A DNA stretch of 63,675 bases, filler included, from Nemertoderma westbladi (Eukaryota > Animalia > Xenacoelomorpha): NCBI GenBank assembly GCA_032718475.1. It is 4 parts of 4 records of this genome, joined end to end, with 100 filler letters (N's around TTAATTAATTAA, not from the genome) between each part and the next. Parts side by side here need not be neighbours in the genome. Positions count along the whole stretch, not along the records: positions 29,339 to 47,845 come from JAUCBJ010006037.1; positions 47,946 to 59,455 come from JAUCBJ010008287.1; 2 more parts are not named here. One strand, given 5' to 3'. Numbering within the stretch: the first letter of the stretch is position 1; each line of letters opens with the position of its first letter. Shown piece by piece: positions 39,573 to 52,646 of the stretch. A model generated the notes under the pieces. That model was not told the DNA's origin, searched no databases, and saw only the letters and a list, made by a program, of their open reading frames with translations. The translations under genes were made by a program, and so were the position numbers.

Positions 39573-41012
39573 ATGAGTTCATTTATACGTTTGGAACTGC
39601 GACTGGGTTGTTCGATAAACCGGAACCTTACCCGTGAAACGGCATGTAGCAGGATAGGTTGCTACGGGTATCGGTATCATCATGCAATTACAAATCCGTA
39701 TCATCAAAAAATCCTGTCTCTTACCGGTACCGGTAGTAAGGGTGTACCGGTATCTATAAAAAACAAATCATATTCCTTTAATTCAAAAAAATATAATCTA
39801 AACACCTGGAAGACTGCATCCCGATTCCCATGGCTGTTTGTTATAGGTGGGTCGGTGTGTTGTCTGACCGGTATTATTTCTCTCGACAACGGGGCTCAAT
39901 CCGCAATCCAAACAGGTACGAGCTCCACCCAAATTAGTGTCCCCGTGGTTGTATCTCAGACTCTGCTACTCGCTATACATCAGTTACCAACGCGATTGAT
40001 ATCCTACGTTTTCGGTTCGATATGTAATATTCCAGTTCCTGTAACATTCCGTCGCCCAATTATCGGAACGTATTGCTGGTTGCTAGGTTGCGACATTAAT
40101 GAGGCACTACCCAACGATTTCACTCAATACGAAACTCTAGGGGAATTCTTCAAGCGAAAATTAAAACCAGGTATTCGACCAATTGACAAAACAGCTGATA
40201 TTGTAAGTCCTTGTGATGGGATAGTAGTACATTACGGTAGAGTAACCAATAGCAACATAGACCAGGTAAAGGGAATGACCTATTCCCTCGATCAGTTCAT
40301 TGGTCCTCCACAAAAAGAGTTTAATAACGAAACATCAGGCAGCTCCGAAACCACCACCTACCAAGACAAACTCCTCGAATCTCCGACCAACCGACTGTAT
40401 TACTGCACTATATATCTGGCCCCCTGCGACTACCATCGGTTCCACAGTCCCGTCAACTGGTCCGTTTCAGATAGACGACACTTCCCCGGCTCCCTTATCA
40501 GCGTCCATCCATCCGTCATCAACTACATCAAGGATGTATTTAAGAGCAACGAACGGGTTGTTCTCACTGGGAGTTGGGATCACGGTTTCTTTAGTTACAC
40601 AGCTGTGGGGGCTACCATGGTCGGCTCCATAAAGGTCTATCGCGACGATTCCTTACTCACAAACAAACAGGGTAAATATCGATACGGAGACTTTAATTAC
40701 AGACGATATTTGGATAGTTTCAATAATAACTTTAGTAAAACTTCACGTAATTCTGATAATATCGACGCAATCGATACCAATAATATTAAAAGCAACAAGT
40801 TAGAAACAACTTCTAACCATCACATATACAAAAAAGGAGATCCGATTGGTGAATTTAATATTGGTTCTACTATTGTAATAGTCTTCGAGGCTTCGGCAGA
40901 CTTTCGGTTTACTTTGAAGAAGGACCAAACGATTAAATATGGACAAAGCTTAGGAATATTTGATCAAAGAAGACATGATGTTAGGTCAGTTTCTAGTATA
41001 TCTATCAGATAA
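39573..41012 (+). CDS. PISD: Phosphatidylserine decarboxylase proenzyme, mitochondrial type, intronless
   Basis: Motifs FFKRKLKP..RPI, VSPCDG, QVKG.TYS, YLAPCDYHRFHSP, NERVV, AVGATMVGSI and cleavage motif GEFNIGST; basic N-terminus then a hydrophobic segment. First ATG at 39573. Confidence 0.93.
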   Translation: MSSFIRLELRLGCSINRNLTRETACSRIGCYGYRYHHAITNPYHQKILSLTGTGSKGVPVSIKNKSYSFNSKKYNLNTWKTASRFPWLFVIGGSVCCLTGIISLDNGAQSAIQTGTSSTQISVPVVVSQTLLLAIHQLPTRLISYVFGSICNIPVPVTFRRPIIGTYCWLLGCDINEALPNDFTQYETLGEFFKRKLKPGIRPIDKTADIVSPCDGIVVHYGRVTNSNIDQVKGMTYSLDQFIGPPQKEFNNETSGSSETTTYQDKLLESPTNRLYYCTIYLAPCDYHRFHSPVNWSVSDRRHFPGSLISVHPSVINYIKDVFKSNERVVLTGSWDHGFFSYTAVGATMVGSIKVYRDDSLLTNKQGKYRYGDFNYRRYLDSFNNNFSKTSRNSDNIDAIDTNNIKSNKLETTSNHHIYKKGDPIGEFNIGSTIVIVFEASADFRFTLKKDQTIKYGQSLGIFDQRRHDVRSVSSISIR

Positions 41013-41758
41013 ATTAATTAATCTATTCATTATTATGTAGGCCTACTATTTTTGAATCCATAACAAAAACATAAAAAAGTGTTTCGAAACATCGGTTTAT
41101 AGAAACCCCAATGATTTTTGAACCCTATTCTGGAATATGGAATATTATTTATTTAAGTACGGGCAGCTCAACTACATAAACCAATATTGGATATAGAGTT
41201 CGCCTTGCAGACACTAAAGTTAACTTATTGCTCAAAAGTTGCAATAACTTTTGAGTGAGCGAATGGATTTTGCTCAATGCTTTTCTACTTTGATGTTATT
41301 TAAACACAATAGAATGTAATAAAATTTAAGGAATTTATACCATAAATATCTTTACATTTCTTATTTTATTTTTTATCGCCAGGAAAAAATAATAGATATA
41401 TTAAGGTAAAGGAGCAGGTTACAGTGGCACATGCATGTTTCCAGTACGAAGGTTGGAACAGAGTTCACGTTACCATTGGCAACACATAATTTCATAATAT
41501 TAATGTTAAATATTCTATACAAACAAACTCGCATTTTAAATTTTATTGTCGTCTAATGTCATGTGGATTCTTTGCGTTGGTATTTTTATTAACCTGCTTT
41601 CTCTAAAAATGTATCGAAATAATCCCAACACAAAGAGAGACGACACAAAAGAAAATGTAGGCCTATCCTACTCTGTTTTTTTGAGGGACATTTGTCAGCT
41701 TGAAAAAGTCAAACACCATTAAACCTATAATTCCTTACATGGACGAGGATAAGAAGCC

Positions 41759-42349
41759 GGCATTAGTATAGTATACATGCCCAAATTTTTTATTTTTTTA
41801 TTTTTAGATGAAAGATATTTTACATGTTGTTTGGCTTTGTATTATCAATTTTATTCTAGAATTATATATTTTTGTTGCTATGGTTACATAAATAAAATAA
41901 ATTTCAATTTATTTCAATTTCAATTTATTTCTTGTTGTAATGCTTATTTATTTTTTATTCTTATTGACAAATATATTTGAGGATTAAATTGCATTTTTAA
42001 TTTTTTTACTAGCTAATAAAAAGTACTAGCTAACATAAAATCAAAATTACTAGCTATCATCTTTTTGTCAGATGGCCAAATATCTGTTCTAGAACAAAAA
42101 ACGTCATAATAAAATACATTTTTACAAGAAAAAGTTGGTCAATTTTCAAAAAAATTTTCAATTATGATTTTTTTTCACTAGCCAATATAAAGTACTAGCT
42201 AACACAAAATCAAAATTACTGGCTGACATCTTACTGTCAGAGGGTCAAATATTTGTTCTAGAACAAAAAACCTCATGATATAAACCTATAATCACTAATA
42301 ATTTTAATCAATTTTTTTTAAATTTGGGCATAGATACTAAACTAATGCC
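41759..42349. mobile_element. 591-bp MITE, GGC termini, 8-9 bp TSD
   Basis: ~30-bp imperfect TIR GGCATTAGT...GCCCAAATTT; flanks TAAGAAGCC / GAAGAAGCC; internal direct repeat. TSD length fits MULE or Merlin. Confidence 0.8.
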
Positions 42350-42583
42350 GAAGAAGCCTTCAATATATAACATACTCAATGTGTCAGCAAAATTTCACAA
42401 GAATAATATACTTAATTGCGAACTGAATCATGAAAATGAAACTAAATTAATGATCTAAATCTTTATGGTGTATTTTATGTTCTACCTTTGCACCAAGCAC
42501 ATTTACTTTGATGTTAAAAATGTAGATTCATTAATTAACATAAACACACAATGGGAGATATAAAAAAATGCAGAGAGGAGTAT

Positions 42584-43657
42584 TGTCCCCGCGGTTGTAT
42601 CTCAGACTCTGCTACTCGCTATACATCAGTTACCAACGCGATTGATATCCTACGTTTTCGGTTCAATATGTAATATTCCAGTTCCTGTAACATTACGTCG
42701 CCCAATTATCGGAACGTATTGCTTGTTGCTAGGTTGCGACATTAATGAGGCACTACCCAACGATTTCACTCAATACGAAACTCTAGGGGAATTCTTCAAG
42801 CGAAAATTAAAACCAAGTATTCGGCCAATTGACAAAACGGCTGATATTGTAAGTCCTTGTGATGGGATAGTAGTACATTACGGTAGAGTAACCAATAGCA
42901 ACATAGACCAAGTAAAGGTAATGACCTATTCCCTCGATCAGTTCATTGGTCCTCCACAAAAAGAGTTTAATAACGAAACATCCGGCAGCTCCGAAATCGC
43001 CACATACGAAGACAAACTCCTCGAATCTCCGACCAACCGACTGTATTACTGCACTATATATCTGGCCCCCTGCGACTACCATCGGTTCCACAGTCCCGTC
43101 AACTGGTCCGTTTCAGATAGACGACACTTCCCCGGCTCCCTTATCAGCGTCCATCCATCCGTCATCAACTACATCAAGGATGTATTTAAGAGCAACGAAC
43201 GGGTTGTTCTCACTGGGAGTTGGGATCACGGTTTCTTTAGTTACACAGCTGTGGGGGCTACCATGGTCGGCTCCATAAAGGTCTATCGCGACGATTCCTT
43301 ACTCACAAACAAACAGGGTAAATATCGATACGGAGACTTTAATTACAGACGATATTTGGATAGTTTCAATAATAACTTTAGTAAACTTCACGTAATTCTG
43401 ATAATATCGACGCAATCGATACTAATAATATTAAAAGCAACAAGTTAGAAACAACTTCTAACCATCACATATACAAAAAAGGAGATCCGATTGGTGAATT
43501 TAATATTGGTTCTACTATTGTAATAGTCTTCGAGGCTTCGGCAGACTTTCGGTTTACTGTGAAGAAGGACCAAACGATTAAATATGGACAAAGCTTAGGA
43601 ATATTTGATCAAAGAAGACATGATGTTAGGTCAATTTCTAGTATATCTATCAGATAA
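42584..43657 (+). pseudogene. PISD: Recent partial tandem duplicate of PISD
   Basis: Part of block 42584-44264 duplicating 39938-41630; lacks the first ~120 codons; 1-nt deletion near 43385 before the GST motif; QVKG changed to QVKV. Confidence 0.9.
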
Positions 43658-44266
43658 ATTAATTAATTTATTCATTATTATGTACTATTTTTGAATCCAT
43701 AACAAAAACATTAAAAAGTGTTTCGAAACATGGGTTTAATGAAACCCCAATGATTTTTAAACCCTATTCTGGAATATGGAATATTATTTATTTAAGTACG
43801 GGCAGCTCAACTACATAAACCAATATTGGATATAGAGTTCGCCTTGCAGACACTAAAGTTAACTTATTGCTCAAAAGTTGCAATAACTTTTGAGTGAGCG
43901 AATGGATTTTGCTCAATGCTTTTCTACTTTGATGTTATTTAAACACATGTAATAAAATTTAAGGAATTTATACCATAAATATCTTTACATTTCTTATTTT
44001 ATTTTTTATCGCCACGAAAAAACTAATAGATATATTAAGGTAAAGGAGCAGGTTACAGTGGCACATGCATGTTTCCAGTACGAAGGTTGGAACAGAGTTC
44101 ACGTTACCATTGGCAACACATCATTTCATAATATTAATGTTAAATATTCTATACAAACAAACTCGCATTTTAAATTTTATTGTCGTCTAATGTCATGTGG
44201 ATTCTTTGCGTTGGTATTTTTATTAACCTGCTTTCTCTAAAAATGTAACGAAATAATCCCAACAAA

Positions 44267-44675
44267 TATTCAACGATATTTGGATAGTTATAAGAATTGT
44301 ATCGAAACGTCGTGCCCTAAATGTCGGGATTATGGAAAACCCGATCGGTGCGATTCAGGTATTTTCGATTGCGAAGAAATTGAGGAGGTTGATAACGAGA
44401 TTTTACAACAAGTGGGCGTATCCTCTGCCAATGGTAGTGGAGACGTAGAGGTACGCGAGAAATATATAGACAACAAAACGCGGCCATCTTGCCATTATTA
44501 CCGCAAAGGTGATTACATTGGCGAGTTCAATATTGGTTCCACTATAGTTATCGTGTTTGAAGCTCCTGATAACTTTTATTTTTCAGTGAAAAGGAATGAT
44601 AAGCTTCGTTATGGTCAGGCACTTGGATCACTGATTCGTGTAGATCGTCTAGGCATCAACAGAGACCAGGGCTAG
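44267..44675 (+). pseudogene. PISD: 3' fragment of a diverged PISD paralogue
   Basis: RYLDSY...[43 protein letters not shown]; begins abruptly at the end of the duplicated block. Confidence 0.85.
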
Positions 44676-45885
44676 GGGTTAGGTCGGTCTCCCTCAACCG
44701 TGATGATGGCATGGGTCGGTGTGGAGATAATGGTCTCTAGCAAACTCCAAAATAACAGGATGTATTTCATTTCAGGCTACTCGTTCTTTACTTGGACAGA
44801 TTAATATTTCCATCGATGATTCGTTTGGACCACTACCTCAGGATTATAAACTCAGGTTATATTCCAAATAATAGACAACATCGCTGTCATAACATAGTCA
44901 ATCATGGATCCAATCAGTTTGTTTGCTGCAATAAATAATTTTACAAATGTAGGCACCAATAAATTACAATAATTGATAGTGTGCTTTATTTTATATAATT
45001 ACATAGGTTGATATGCTTATTATATTTCATGATTCACGATTATACTAAAATATTTTAAGTTCCACACATTCCCACTGCGTTTTCATCATTGCGCAAGGTA
45101 GAATCTATTTCCTCGCCCATCATTTGCTACCACTTCACGTGCAGGTAAGAGGGTAATGACGCTCCACAACTATGTGATTATGGTATCGGTATGCTCTTTT
45201 CAAACTAGAGCAACCCCGCGCTAAAGTAGATGCGTATAGCGATAGATGTGTAATTGCCACGCGCAATTTATAAGGGGCAAAACAGGTTACAGAAGTAGAC
45301 ACGTGAAGTTCACACTTTATTTTTCTCCCTCGAAACATCGCGCGCAGTATCCATTAATTATTAATTATTGTAGTTGGCCCTTAAAAAATATACGAGAGAA
45401 ATATGTAGTTAGTGATGTGTTGAAATTTGGTAAAAGATAATAAAGTGTATTGTGCCCACCCACCCGAAAGTAATTCTTATTCGAATCGTAGGCGTCGATT
45501 TTGGTTAAATATATAGATAGGCCCTCATTTACTATTTATAATGAAATCTAGGGCCAAACCTGAATAATATTGGTAGAAAATATTATGCGGATATTAATGA
45601 TTTTCAATAAGGAACACGCTGGTTGTTTACTTTCTAAAAAAGACCCAGTAGATCAGGAGATATATAAATTTTTGGAATGTTCGGTATTTAGCCCACTAAG
45701 ACTAGTAATGTTGTTCAAAGTATCGCGCTTACAATCGCAAGTTTGATAATTAGCGAAATATATGAAATATTTTAAATCGCGATATTGACCATGAAGAATT
45801 CACTTAATTGGAAAAGTTTAAAAGTCAAAAATGTTTAGAATCATCTATTCCATTAGTATGGTCGTATATTCTATTAGTAAGGTCT

Positions 45886-47348
45886 GGGAATTTCTAACCA
45901 AAACAATAAATGGTAACATTACCAATTGAGGGAAAGGAGCAGGTTACAGAGGCGGGCTTTTCTAACCAAAACAATAAACAATCACTTAACTAATTGAGGG
46001 AAATGAGCAGGTTACAGAGGCGGGCTTTTCTAACCAAAACAATAAACGATCACTTTAACTAATTGAGGGAAAGGAGCAGGTTACAGAGGCGGGATTTTCT
46101 AACCAAAACAATAAACGATCACTTTAACTAATTGAGGGAAAGGAGCAGGTTACAAAGGCGGGAGTTTCTAACCAAAACAATAAACGATCACTTGGCTAAT
46201 TGAGGGAAAGGAACAGGTTACAGAGGCGGGCTTTTCTAACCAAAACAATAAACGATCACTTTAACTAATTGAGGGAAAGGAGCAGGTTACAGAGGCGGGA
46301 GTTTCTAACCAAAACAATAAACGATCACTTGACTAATTGAGGGAAAGGAGCAGGTTACAGATGCGGGCTTTTCTAACCAAAACAATAAGCGATCACTGAA
46401 CTAATTGAGGGAAAGGAGCAGGTTACAGAGGCGGGCTTTTCTAACCAAAACAATAAACGATCACTTTAACTAATTGAGGGAAAGGAGCAGGTTACAGAGG
46501 CGGGAGTTTCTAACCAAAACAACAAACGATCACTTGACTAATTGAGGGAAAGGAGCAGGTTACAGAGGCGGGCTTTTCTAACCAAAACAATAAACGATCA
46601 CTTTAACTAATTGAGGGAAAGGAGCAGGTTACAGAGGCGGGAATTTCTAACCAAAACAATAAACGATCACTTGACTAATTGAGGGAAAGGAGCAGGTTAC
46701 AGAGGCGGGATTTTCTAACCAAAACAATAAACAATCACTTAACTAATTGAGGGAAAGGAGCAGGTTACAGAGGCAGGCTTTTCTAACCAAAACAATAAAC
46801 GATCACTTTAACTAATTGAGGGAAAGGAGCAGGTTACAGAGGCGGGCTTTTCTAACCAAAACCATAAGCGATCACTTTAACTAATTGAGGGAAAGGAGCA
46901 GGTTACAGAGGCGGAGGAGCAGGTTACAGAGGCGGGATTTCCTAACCAAAACAATAAACGATCACTTAAATAATTGAGGGAAAGAAGCAGGTTACAGACG
47001 CGGGATTTTCTAACCAAAACAATAAACGATCACTTTAACTAATTGAGGGAAAGGAGCAGGTTACAGAGGCGGGAGTTTCTAACCAAAACAATAAACGATC
47101 ACTTGGCTAATTGAGGGAAAGGAGCAGGTTACAGAGGCGGGCTTTTCTAACCAAAACAATAAACGATCACTTTAACTAATTGAGGGAAAGGAGCAGGTTA
47201 CAGAGGCGGGAGTTTCTAACCAAAACAATAAACGATCACTTGACTAATTGAGGGAAAGGAACAGGTTACAGAGGCGGGCTTTTCTAACCAAAACAATAAA
47301 CGATCACTTTAACTAATTGAGGGAAAGGAGCAGGTTACAGAGGCGGGA
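45886..47348. repeat. ~62-63 bp tandem array (~23 units)
   Basis: Unit TTGAGGGAAAGGAGCAGGTTACAGAGGCGGGCTTTTCTAACCAAAACAATAAACGATCACTTTAACTAA with alternating variants. Confidence 0.95.
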
Positions 47349-47845
47349 GATAGATTCTATAATAACCAACAGCAAGCTTATATTAACTTATAGACAAGCA
47401 TGCCTTCCTCACTCTCCTGGGGATTTCAATGACAGTTTGCCAAGACCCTCTTCCAACAGAAATAATGTAAACCGAAATTAAAATCATTTGCAAAATTTTC
47501 TTCTGGTAAAATGAGATGTTTTCGGCCAATACAAATTAAGCCTACGTGCTGCTAACAACGGTCTAAAGGCCAGACGTAAAAATAACCAATATCATAAATA
47601 AAATAAATATCTTAAAATAAATATTAAATAGTCAATTATTATAAGTGCAGTAGAGCAATAGAACCATTTGTCTGCTGATTGCCAACAGATGTGGGTCGAA
47701 TACAGTTAGTAGTGGAACCCATTGGCAATGAACTGACCGATAATGCGGTAACAACGGAAACCAATTAGATTAGCCAGGTTGATGTTAGATGTCTCGGGAT
47801 CATCTACGACGGAGTCGATTGCGGTCGATCGTCAGAGGTTGAGGT

Positions 47846-47945
47846 NNNNNNNNNNNNNNNNNNNNNNNNNNNNNNNNNNNNNNNNNNNNTTAATTAATTA
47901 ANNNNNNNNNNNNNNNNNNNNNNNNNNNNNNNNNNNNNNNNNNNN
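47846..47945. other. Artificial gap linker
   Basis: N44-TTAATTAATTAA-N44. Confidence 0.97.
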
Positions 47946-47989
47946 TTAGGAACGTAATGGTGAGTTAAGTAATACGTTCTTTCAGTCAC

Positions 47990-48930
47990 AGGTTAGGTAT
48001 CGCCCCACGAAGGAAGGCAATCTCATGAGGCCAGCCAAGAGATGATATTTAGAGCAATGAAACAAAGAGATACCTATTACTATCCACTGGGAAGCAGCAC
48101 CACAAACTTGCGCCAATCACGTTTCTGCTTTTGATAATGGGCCGGCGAGTGCGAATATAATACGTGACTTTTGCAGAAGAGGCATCAATGGGTGCCGTGC
48201 AATTACTTTGAAATGTTTAATTAGCCCGCGCCAGTCAATCAGCCAACGTGTATTGGGCTCGCCACGGTGTGTCATGATGTGGTTGTGTACAGTCTTTACT
48301 TGTTCTACTAATACTAGGATCGGCATGCTGCATTGTAGCTGCATTTTTAAGAATGCTGTGCCGGCTTGTCGACAAAATTGCGCCGCCACAACTCCCTATC
48401 ACCCATGACATTTGCTAGATCATCCGCATCTTCAAGGCCAGTGTCCTTTAAGATGCGTCTCAAGAAAGTCATGGGCTGCCCACCATGGTTATTCACTCCA
48501 TGAGGCTGCCAAAGCACAATATTATACACTGACTGGTCCTCACGGCGAAAGCAATGTCCTGCAAAGCGGAGGCGATTTTGTTTCTTACTTGTACACTACC
48601 AACCTTATCAGTCCCATCCTGGTGCTGTCTAATGCGTTCAAACATGTGATGGATTGTGTGTCCAACATCTTCCTCCTCAACACCAGGGACAAGAGTGTGA
48701 ATACACAACGTTATAGAAGCAAGAGTACTTGGGACAGGGTGTTGTAGAGATGGGAGTGACTGGTGCAATTCGGATGTTGTGAAAAGAAACCGAACTGGCC
48801 GTGTGCACGACGTTGCGTTGGTATGAGACCACGTAACCTTCGCACAAACAGATTGGTTACCCGACCTCTGTACTCTAACTTGCAGATAATGGGCCTGGAA
48901 TCGTCAGCAGTTGCAAGATCCACCGCCGGG
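47990..48930 (-). repeat. Unclassified ~650-bp repeat, left arm of an inverted pair
   Basis: Reverse-complement similarity to 49445-49711 plus 51343-51740; interrupted by an RTE fragment. Confidence 0.75.
48304..48584 (-). mobile_element. RTE-like LINE 3' fragment with 8-bp TSD
   Basis: Matches the shared 3' end; TTACTTGT flanks at 48296-48303 and 48585-48592. Confidence 0.85.
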
Positions 48931-49711
48931 TCGATGACCTCTGGGGGAACAACCGCTGGTACCCCATCCTCAAGACTACTACTCGCACGCCCCCTAGCGG
49001 CTTGAATAGCAGTGAGCTCGCGTTGGATGATCGCTCAATATATTGGTTATTATCAAGAATTGTCTTAGCTTCCCCAATAGTGGTGTGGAGTCGGGAACTG
49101 TCCCCACCCTTACTGACATACCACCACAAACTACACTGCATTTGTATGACTCAGGGGCACACGCAGTAGCTGTTCTATTATTCGTTAGCAGAATAAACGG
49201 TTGGTACTTCAGTACTTAATAAGCCATGTATTTTCCAGTCTCAACACAACACAACAGGTACCGGTAGAAGATACAGTAGTCAGTCCATAACACACCACTG
49301 ATAAGTTACCAGTAGTAACAGTATAGATAGAGTTAACTACAGTACAGATCCCATCAGTAGCGTTAAGGACGAGCCAAGTATCTATAGGCTTGCGGTACCA
49401 GTTGTGTGTGACTCACACGCACTCGATCCACCGGGTATTTGAACCGGTGGATCCTGCAACTGCTGACGATTCCAGGCCAATTATCTGTAGGTTTGAGTAT
49501 ACGTTTGAGTATGAGTAGGTCGGGCAACTAATCTGTTTGTGCGAAGGTTACGTGGTCTGGTCTCATACCAACATCGTGCACACGGCCAGTCGCTCCTATT
49601 TCTGAAACACCCTGTCCCAAGTATTCTTGCTTTTGACGTTTTTAACTTTTCTGTTCTCCCTCTTGTAAGGGGGGATATGTTGAACACAGTATCCAACACC
49701 TGTTTAATGCG

Positions 49712-51342
49712 TTATTATTATTATTATTATTATTGTTTATTGACAATTCTATTATTGTAGAGTTAATATACATACCATAATACACAAATCAAAAAATATA
49801 AATACAAATTTAAAGTTCAATTATGGGCACAGTAGTCACCAGTTTAAATTCTAGAATAGTCCAATACTCAATCATATATAATTATATAGTATTCAATAAT
49901 ACACAGAAGTAATTAAACGATATTTCATGCATATATATCCAAAACGTTATATATATATCTACATAATGTTACGTAATCTGCATTAGAGTTTAACAATACA
50001 TCTAAGCACGACATATTTAACACTTTCCTAGCTTCTAAACGTAGGCATTCGGATAGACGGCAATGCAGCAGCACATGAGCTTCGGTCTGTATAGAGACAT
50101 TGTCACACGGACAAACGCGCATGTCTCTGGGTTTTCTAGACCAACGCCCCGTCTCTACTGCCAAACGGTGTGACATTAACCGAAGTCTACTGAATGCTAG
50201 CCTATAGAAGTCCGGGACATATGGAATTCTACAATTATACAAAGGATGTGGTTGTAACATCTTATTTATTTCACTACGGTATGTCATAAATTTCGTTGAA
50301 GATACCGGTTTACTATTAATTTTAGTAACTGTTTGCAATGAAGGATCACACTTTTCACTAAATTTAGCAGACGACAAAAGAAGTTTGTAACCAGGAGTAT
50401 TCGCATCTCTGCAGATCTGATAGACTTTGTGAAATGGAATAGTCATATCCAGATCCACATCCTTGAACATTTTTTTAATAAATCTTTTCCTAGCACGTAA
50501 TATGTAAAAATCAAGATTTGGTGCACCAATATCTAAAAGACATAAATCAATAGGCGTTTGCACTCTAACCCCTAGCAGGGTTTTTACCATACGAGTGTAG
50601 TACTTCGAAGCTGCTTTTATATTATTTGTTAGCCAGGCTTCACATCCATACAGTAAGCCAGAAAGAACCGCAGCTTCAAAGACTTGTTTTTTAATATGAA
50701 AAGACATATTAGTATTTGCCGCACAAAATATGGCAAATTTGTTTGCAGATTCTTCCCACTTTTTTTGTTGCAAAGCGAGGCTAGTATTAACATTTCCCTC
50801 TGATGTAAAATATACTCCTAAATATAAGTAACTAGAACAGTGTTGTACTGTAACATTTTCAATTATATTCTGAAACGCAATTTTGTCTCGTTTTTCACCG
50901 TTTATTACAAAGAATTTGGTCTTTTTTTCATTAACCAACATGCCAGACAATTTACAGAAGTTGTTAAGAGCTTGCAGTTTCAAAATTGCATTTGCACGAG
51001 TAGTTGCAAAAATGACGGTATCATCCATCAATAATAAAACATGAAGTGAACCTAAAAATCCATCACGAGCAACGGCGGATTTAATCATGGCTACCATTCT
51101 ATCTATATATATACAGAAAAGTGTACTGCTAGTCGGAGCCCCCTGACGCACTCCTATTAATGTAATAATAATTGCATTTTTCAGTATATTTTTGGTACAA
51201 ATATAGGCCGCTTTTAAGGCCAATAGCATAATCTTACCACAACCTAGTGATTTTAAATGTTCCAAAAGCAAATCTCTAGGGATTCGGTCGTATGCCTTAC
51301 TAAAGTCAATGAATATGACATAAAGTTTTTCCGACTTAAAAA
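49712..51342 (-). mobile_element. 5'-truncated non-LTR retrotransposon (Proto2/RTEX-like); ORF 49925-51271 open
   Basis: RT motifs IDFSKAYD, GVRQGAPTS, LMDD, YLYLG; C-terminal SHRLAVETGRW and CxC...HxxxxC knuckle; AATAAA and (TAA)n tail at 49712-49741. Clade assignment is tentative. Confidence 0.9.
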
Positions 51343-52646
51343 GTTAGACAGCGCCAGCGATGGGACTGCAAAGGATGGTAGTGAACAAGACAAGACTGTG
51401 TACACAACCACATCATGACACACCGTGGCGAGCCCACTTCACTTTGGCTGACTCTCTGGCGCGAGCTATTTAAACATTTCAAAGTAATTGCACGGCACCA
51501 ATTTTTGCCAGTTCTGCGAAAGCTTAAAATTTATTATATTTGCACTCGCCGGCCCATTATCAACAAGCCGAAACAAGATTGGCACAAGTTTGTGGTGCTG
51601 CTTCCCAGTGGATATAGTTACTGATATCTCTATGTTTCATTGCCCGTTCCTTCTCCTTTTGTGACTTCACACTCTAAATATCATATCTTGGCTTGGCCTC
51701 CTGAGAATGCCTTCCTTCGTAAGGCCGGGGCGAAACCTACCAGCTCAGTGTCGTCAACTCTATCACTAATTGCATGAAACCGTCTAGGTCCAGTTGCTCT
51801 TTAGTTTTTTACATACTTTTGTCCTTGCATACCTATCGGCAAGGCCTTAAACTTTTATTAATATAATGGATACGTGGAAAGTATTCTAAGATGAGAGGCT
51901 TCCAAATGATAATACATTTTGTTTCAGTAGCATGGGAATCTAAATCCGGCATAGCATACTTAATGCACGCTGCATTGGGCCTGCCTATTGTGGATTGTAT
52001 GGTGGTAACAAAATGCATTTGTTAAGCTGGCATAGCATAGCATCGCATAGCATAGCATGTTCCGTTTCATTGCAGCAGGCCGATTATAGTAGTATTAGTA
52101 GTTAAATACGGATTAAAAAGTATAAGTGGTTTGCCACGGGCATAGGGAAATTTACCAAAGTATTCACCCCACTTGCCCCAAATGTGATATTGCCCAGAGG
52201 TCAGTAGCTAATGAATGATAAAAAGAAATTAGATCACACATGGTCCGACTGTTACACAACTTCGCAAACGTTTTCGCATATCATTCTGTATACTCGCTCT
52301 TGTGATTCGTATATTGTTTTGGTTAGATTATTCCACCCTTTTCCTTTCATTGTTAATTTGCCAGATTAATTGAACTGGGCTGGGGGAAGTGTCCTGGGGA
52401 AGTGTCCGGGGGAAAGTGTCCTGGGTTAGTTAAAGTATGCGGTGGAACTGTCCGGGGGAACGTGTGCGGGGGGGGGGGTAGTGACCTATATCCATCCAAA
52501 CTATTCAGTATGAAGCAGTCTAGCAGTAAAATATTTAAGGAATTTAAATTTAGATACTTTCTCTTCACAAGTCTCCATAGCAATTAGTGAGAGAAAGGCC
52601 TTCCTTTATTTTGTTTCAATTGAAATTAGCACGGAAGATAATATTA

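Noticed and set aside
39573-41012. Bacterial horizontal transfer of PSD
   Set aside because: N-terminal extension and motifs fit eukaryotic mitochondrial Psd1; lacking introns is not sufficient evidence.
51695-51740. Hammerhead-like CTGAGAA...GCGAAAC
   Set aside because: Core deviates from CTGANGA and the paired copy near 48000 lacks both boxes.
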